Source: Halodesulfurarchaeum sp.
GTDB taxonomy: Archaea > Halobacteriota > Halobacteria > Halobacteriales > Halobacteriaceae
Direction of reading: 5' to 3'
Length of the DNA stretch: 16,514 bases
Assembly (NCBI GenBank): GCA_042216015.1
Contig: JBDGUI010000048.1
Location: 1 to 16,514, forward strand
In this document: positions 15,365 to 16,514 of the stretch, one piece after another
Numbering within the stretch: position 1 is the first letter of the stretch
Layout: each line of letters starts with the position of its first letter
Notes under the pieces: generated by a model
What the model saw: the letters and a program-made list of their open reading frames with translations, nothing else
What the model was told of the DNA's origin: nothing
Database searches by the model: none
Made by a program: the position numbers and the translations under genes

Positions 15365-16446
15365 AGGGCATGCACCTCCCGTCGGCGGAGCAGGAAGAGG
15401 AAGAAGGGTGCACCAAGCGCGGCCGTCACGATGCCGACCGGGATCTCACCGGCCCAGGTCCGCGCGATGGTGTCGGTGGCGACGAGGAAACCCGCTCCGG
15501 CAATTGCACTCGTGGGCAGCAGGATCCGGTGATCCGGGCCCACGACGAGCCGCATCATGTGGGGGACGATCAGCCCGACGAATCCGATGACCCCGGAGAC
15601 GGCGACGGCCGCGGCCGTGATCAGACTCGAAACGCCCAGGAGGATTCGCTTGGTCCGTTCGACCTCGATCCCGAGGGTCGCGGCGTCCTCCTCGCCCAGC
15701 AGGAGGACGTTGAGGTCGCGGCTGTACCAGGCCAGGACGAGAAAGAGCGCGGGAACGAACAGCATGGCGAATTCGACCTCGTCCCAGGTCGCATTGTGGA
15801 GATGCCCCATCAGCCAGTAGACCGCCTGTTCGAGGCTCTGACCCCCCATCGTGAGCATGAACGAGATGACCGCACCGAGGAAGGTCTGCACGGCCACCCC
15901 CGCGAGCAGCAGGGTCGCGACCGGCGTTCGACCGTTCTCCGACGCGATGAGATAGACCCCGAAGGCCGCGAGCAGGCCGGTGACGAAGGCGGCGGGTCGG
16001 AGTCCGATCGGAATCGGCAGCACGATGGCCGCGACCGCACCGACCGCCGCGCCGGTCGAGACGCCGATGATCGACGGGTCGGCCATGGGATTTCGAAAGA
16101 ACCCCTGCATGACCGACCCCGCGACCGCCAGGGCAAACCCCACGAGTGCCCCGAGGACGATCCGCGGCATCCGCACCGCCCAGACGATCGTCGTGGTGGT
16201 CTGGGAAAGATCGAAGTGAAAGAGGCTCGTGAATCCGAGCCCCGGCCATGGAATTTGCACGCCGGCAAGCGATGTCGTCCCGGCAACGGAGATCGAGGTC
16301 GGGACGGCGAGGTGATTGAGAAGCACCTTGAGCACGGCCACCGGGGCGATCGGCACGGGCCCGATCCCGGCACTCACCGTCACGATGGCAAAGAGGAGTG
16401 CGGACAGAGCCGCACTCCACGTGAGCGTCCGGGTCCGAAGCCCCAT
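15361..16446 (-). CDS. btuC: Vitamin B12 ABC transporter permease (BtuC, FecCD family)
   Basis: RMPRIVLGALVGFALAVAGSVMQGFFRNPMADPSIIGVSTGA, YWLMG, LLLGEEDAATLGI, GVIGFVGLIVPH, EIPVGIVTAALGAPFF. Start at ATG 16446 (alternative 16452). Confidence 0.88.
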   Translation of the reverse strand: MGLRTRTLTWSAALSALLFAIVTVSAGIGPVPIAPVAVLKVLLNHLAVPTSISVAGTTSLAGVQIPWPGLGFTSLFHFDLSQTTTTIVWAVRMPRIVLGALVGFALAVAGSVMQGFFRNPMADPSIIGVSTGAAVGAVAAIVLPIPIGLRPAAFVTGLLAAFGVYLIASENGRTPVATLLLAGVAVQTFLGAVISFMLTMGGQSLEQAVYWLMGHLHNATWDEVEFAMLFVPALFLVLAWYSRDLNVLLLGEEDAATLGIEVERTKRILLGVSSLITAAAVAVSGVIGFVGLIVPHMMRLVVGPDHRILLPTSAIAGAGFLVATDTIARTWAGEIPVGIVTAALGAPFFLFLLRRREVHAL

Positions 16447-16460
16447 TGTCATCAACTCAG

Positions 16461-16490
16461 CTTGGAAAAGTAAAATACCTGTTGGACTTG
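16461..16490 (-). promoter_or_regulatory. btuCD promoter (TATTTTA) flanked by two TCCAA direct repeats
   Basis: Minus strand reads CAAGTCCAACAGGTATTTTACTTTTCCAAG. The TATA-like element at 16471-16477 is about 25-31 bp upstream of ATG 16446. Confidence 0.5.
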
Positions 16491-16514
16491 TCGGGATCGG
16501 GTTTTCGGTGATGG

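Noticed and set aside
14696..16473. Plus-strand ORFs of 278 and 367 aa and a minus-strand 324-aa alternative frame
   Set aside because: They overlap the clearly recognisable btuD and btuC genes.

Overview
GC-rich DNA encoding acidic proteins, with mostly leaderless genes and TATA-like boxes about 25-30 bp upstream of the ATG. This pattern, together with haloarchaea-type small proteins, points to a haloarchaeon (inference). Left to right the window holds: a RACo/DUF4445-type ASKHA corrinoid activator with an N-terminal [2Fe-2S] domain (minus strand, runs off the left edge, absent from the supplied ORF track); a TsaA/TrmO-like protein; a haloarchaeal hypothetical protein; a Cys-rich DtxR-like regulator; an orphan IS630 N-terminal (HTH) ORF; a type II haloacid dehalogenase; MetY; a DsrE-family protein; a small RHH protein; a bipartite lipoate ligase (lplB-lplA); a tightly linked MoxR-type AAA+ ATPase / HExxH-vWA protein / double zinc-finger module; a divergent non-pyrrolysine MttB-superfamily methyltransferase; and BtuCD-type ABC importer genes. 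The main signal is a corrinoid-dependent methyl-transfer toolkit, typical of acetogens and methylotrophic methanogens, in an apparent haloarchaeon. It has an atypical MttB active site and an adjacent CobS/CobT-like AAA-vWA module. All family calls come from motif recognition by eye; no searches were run.
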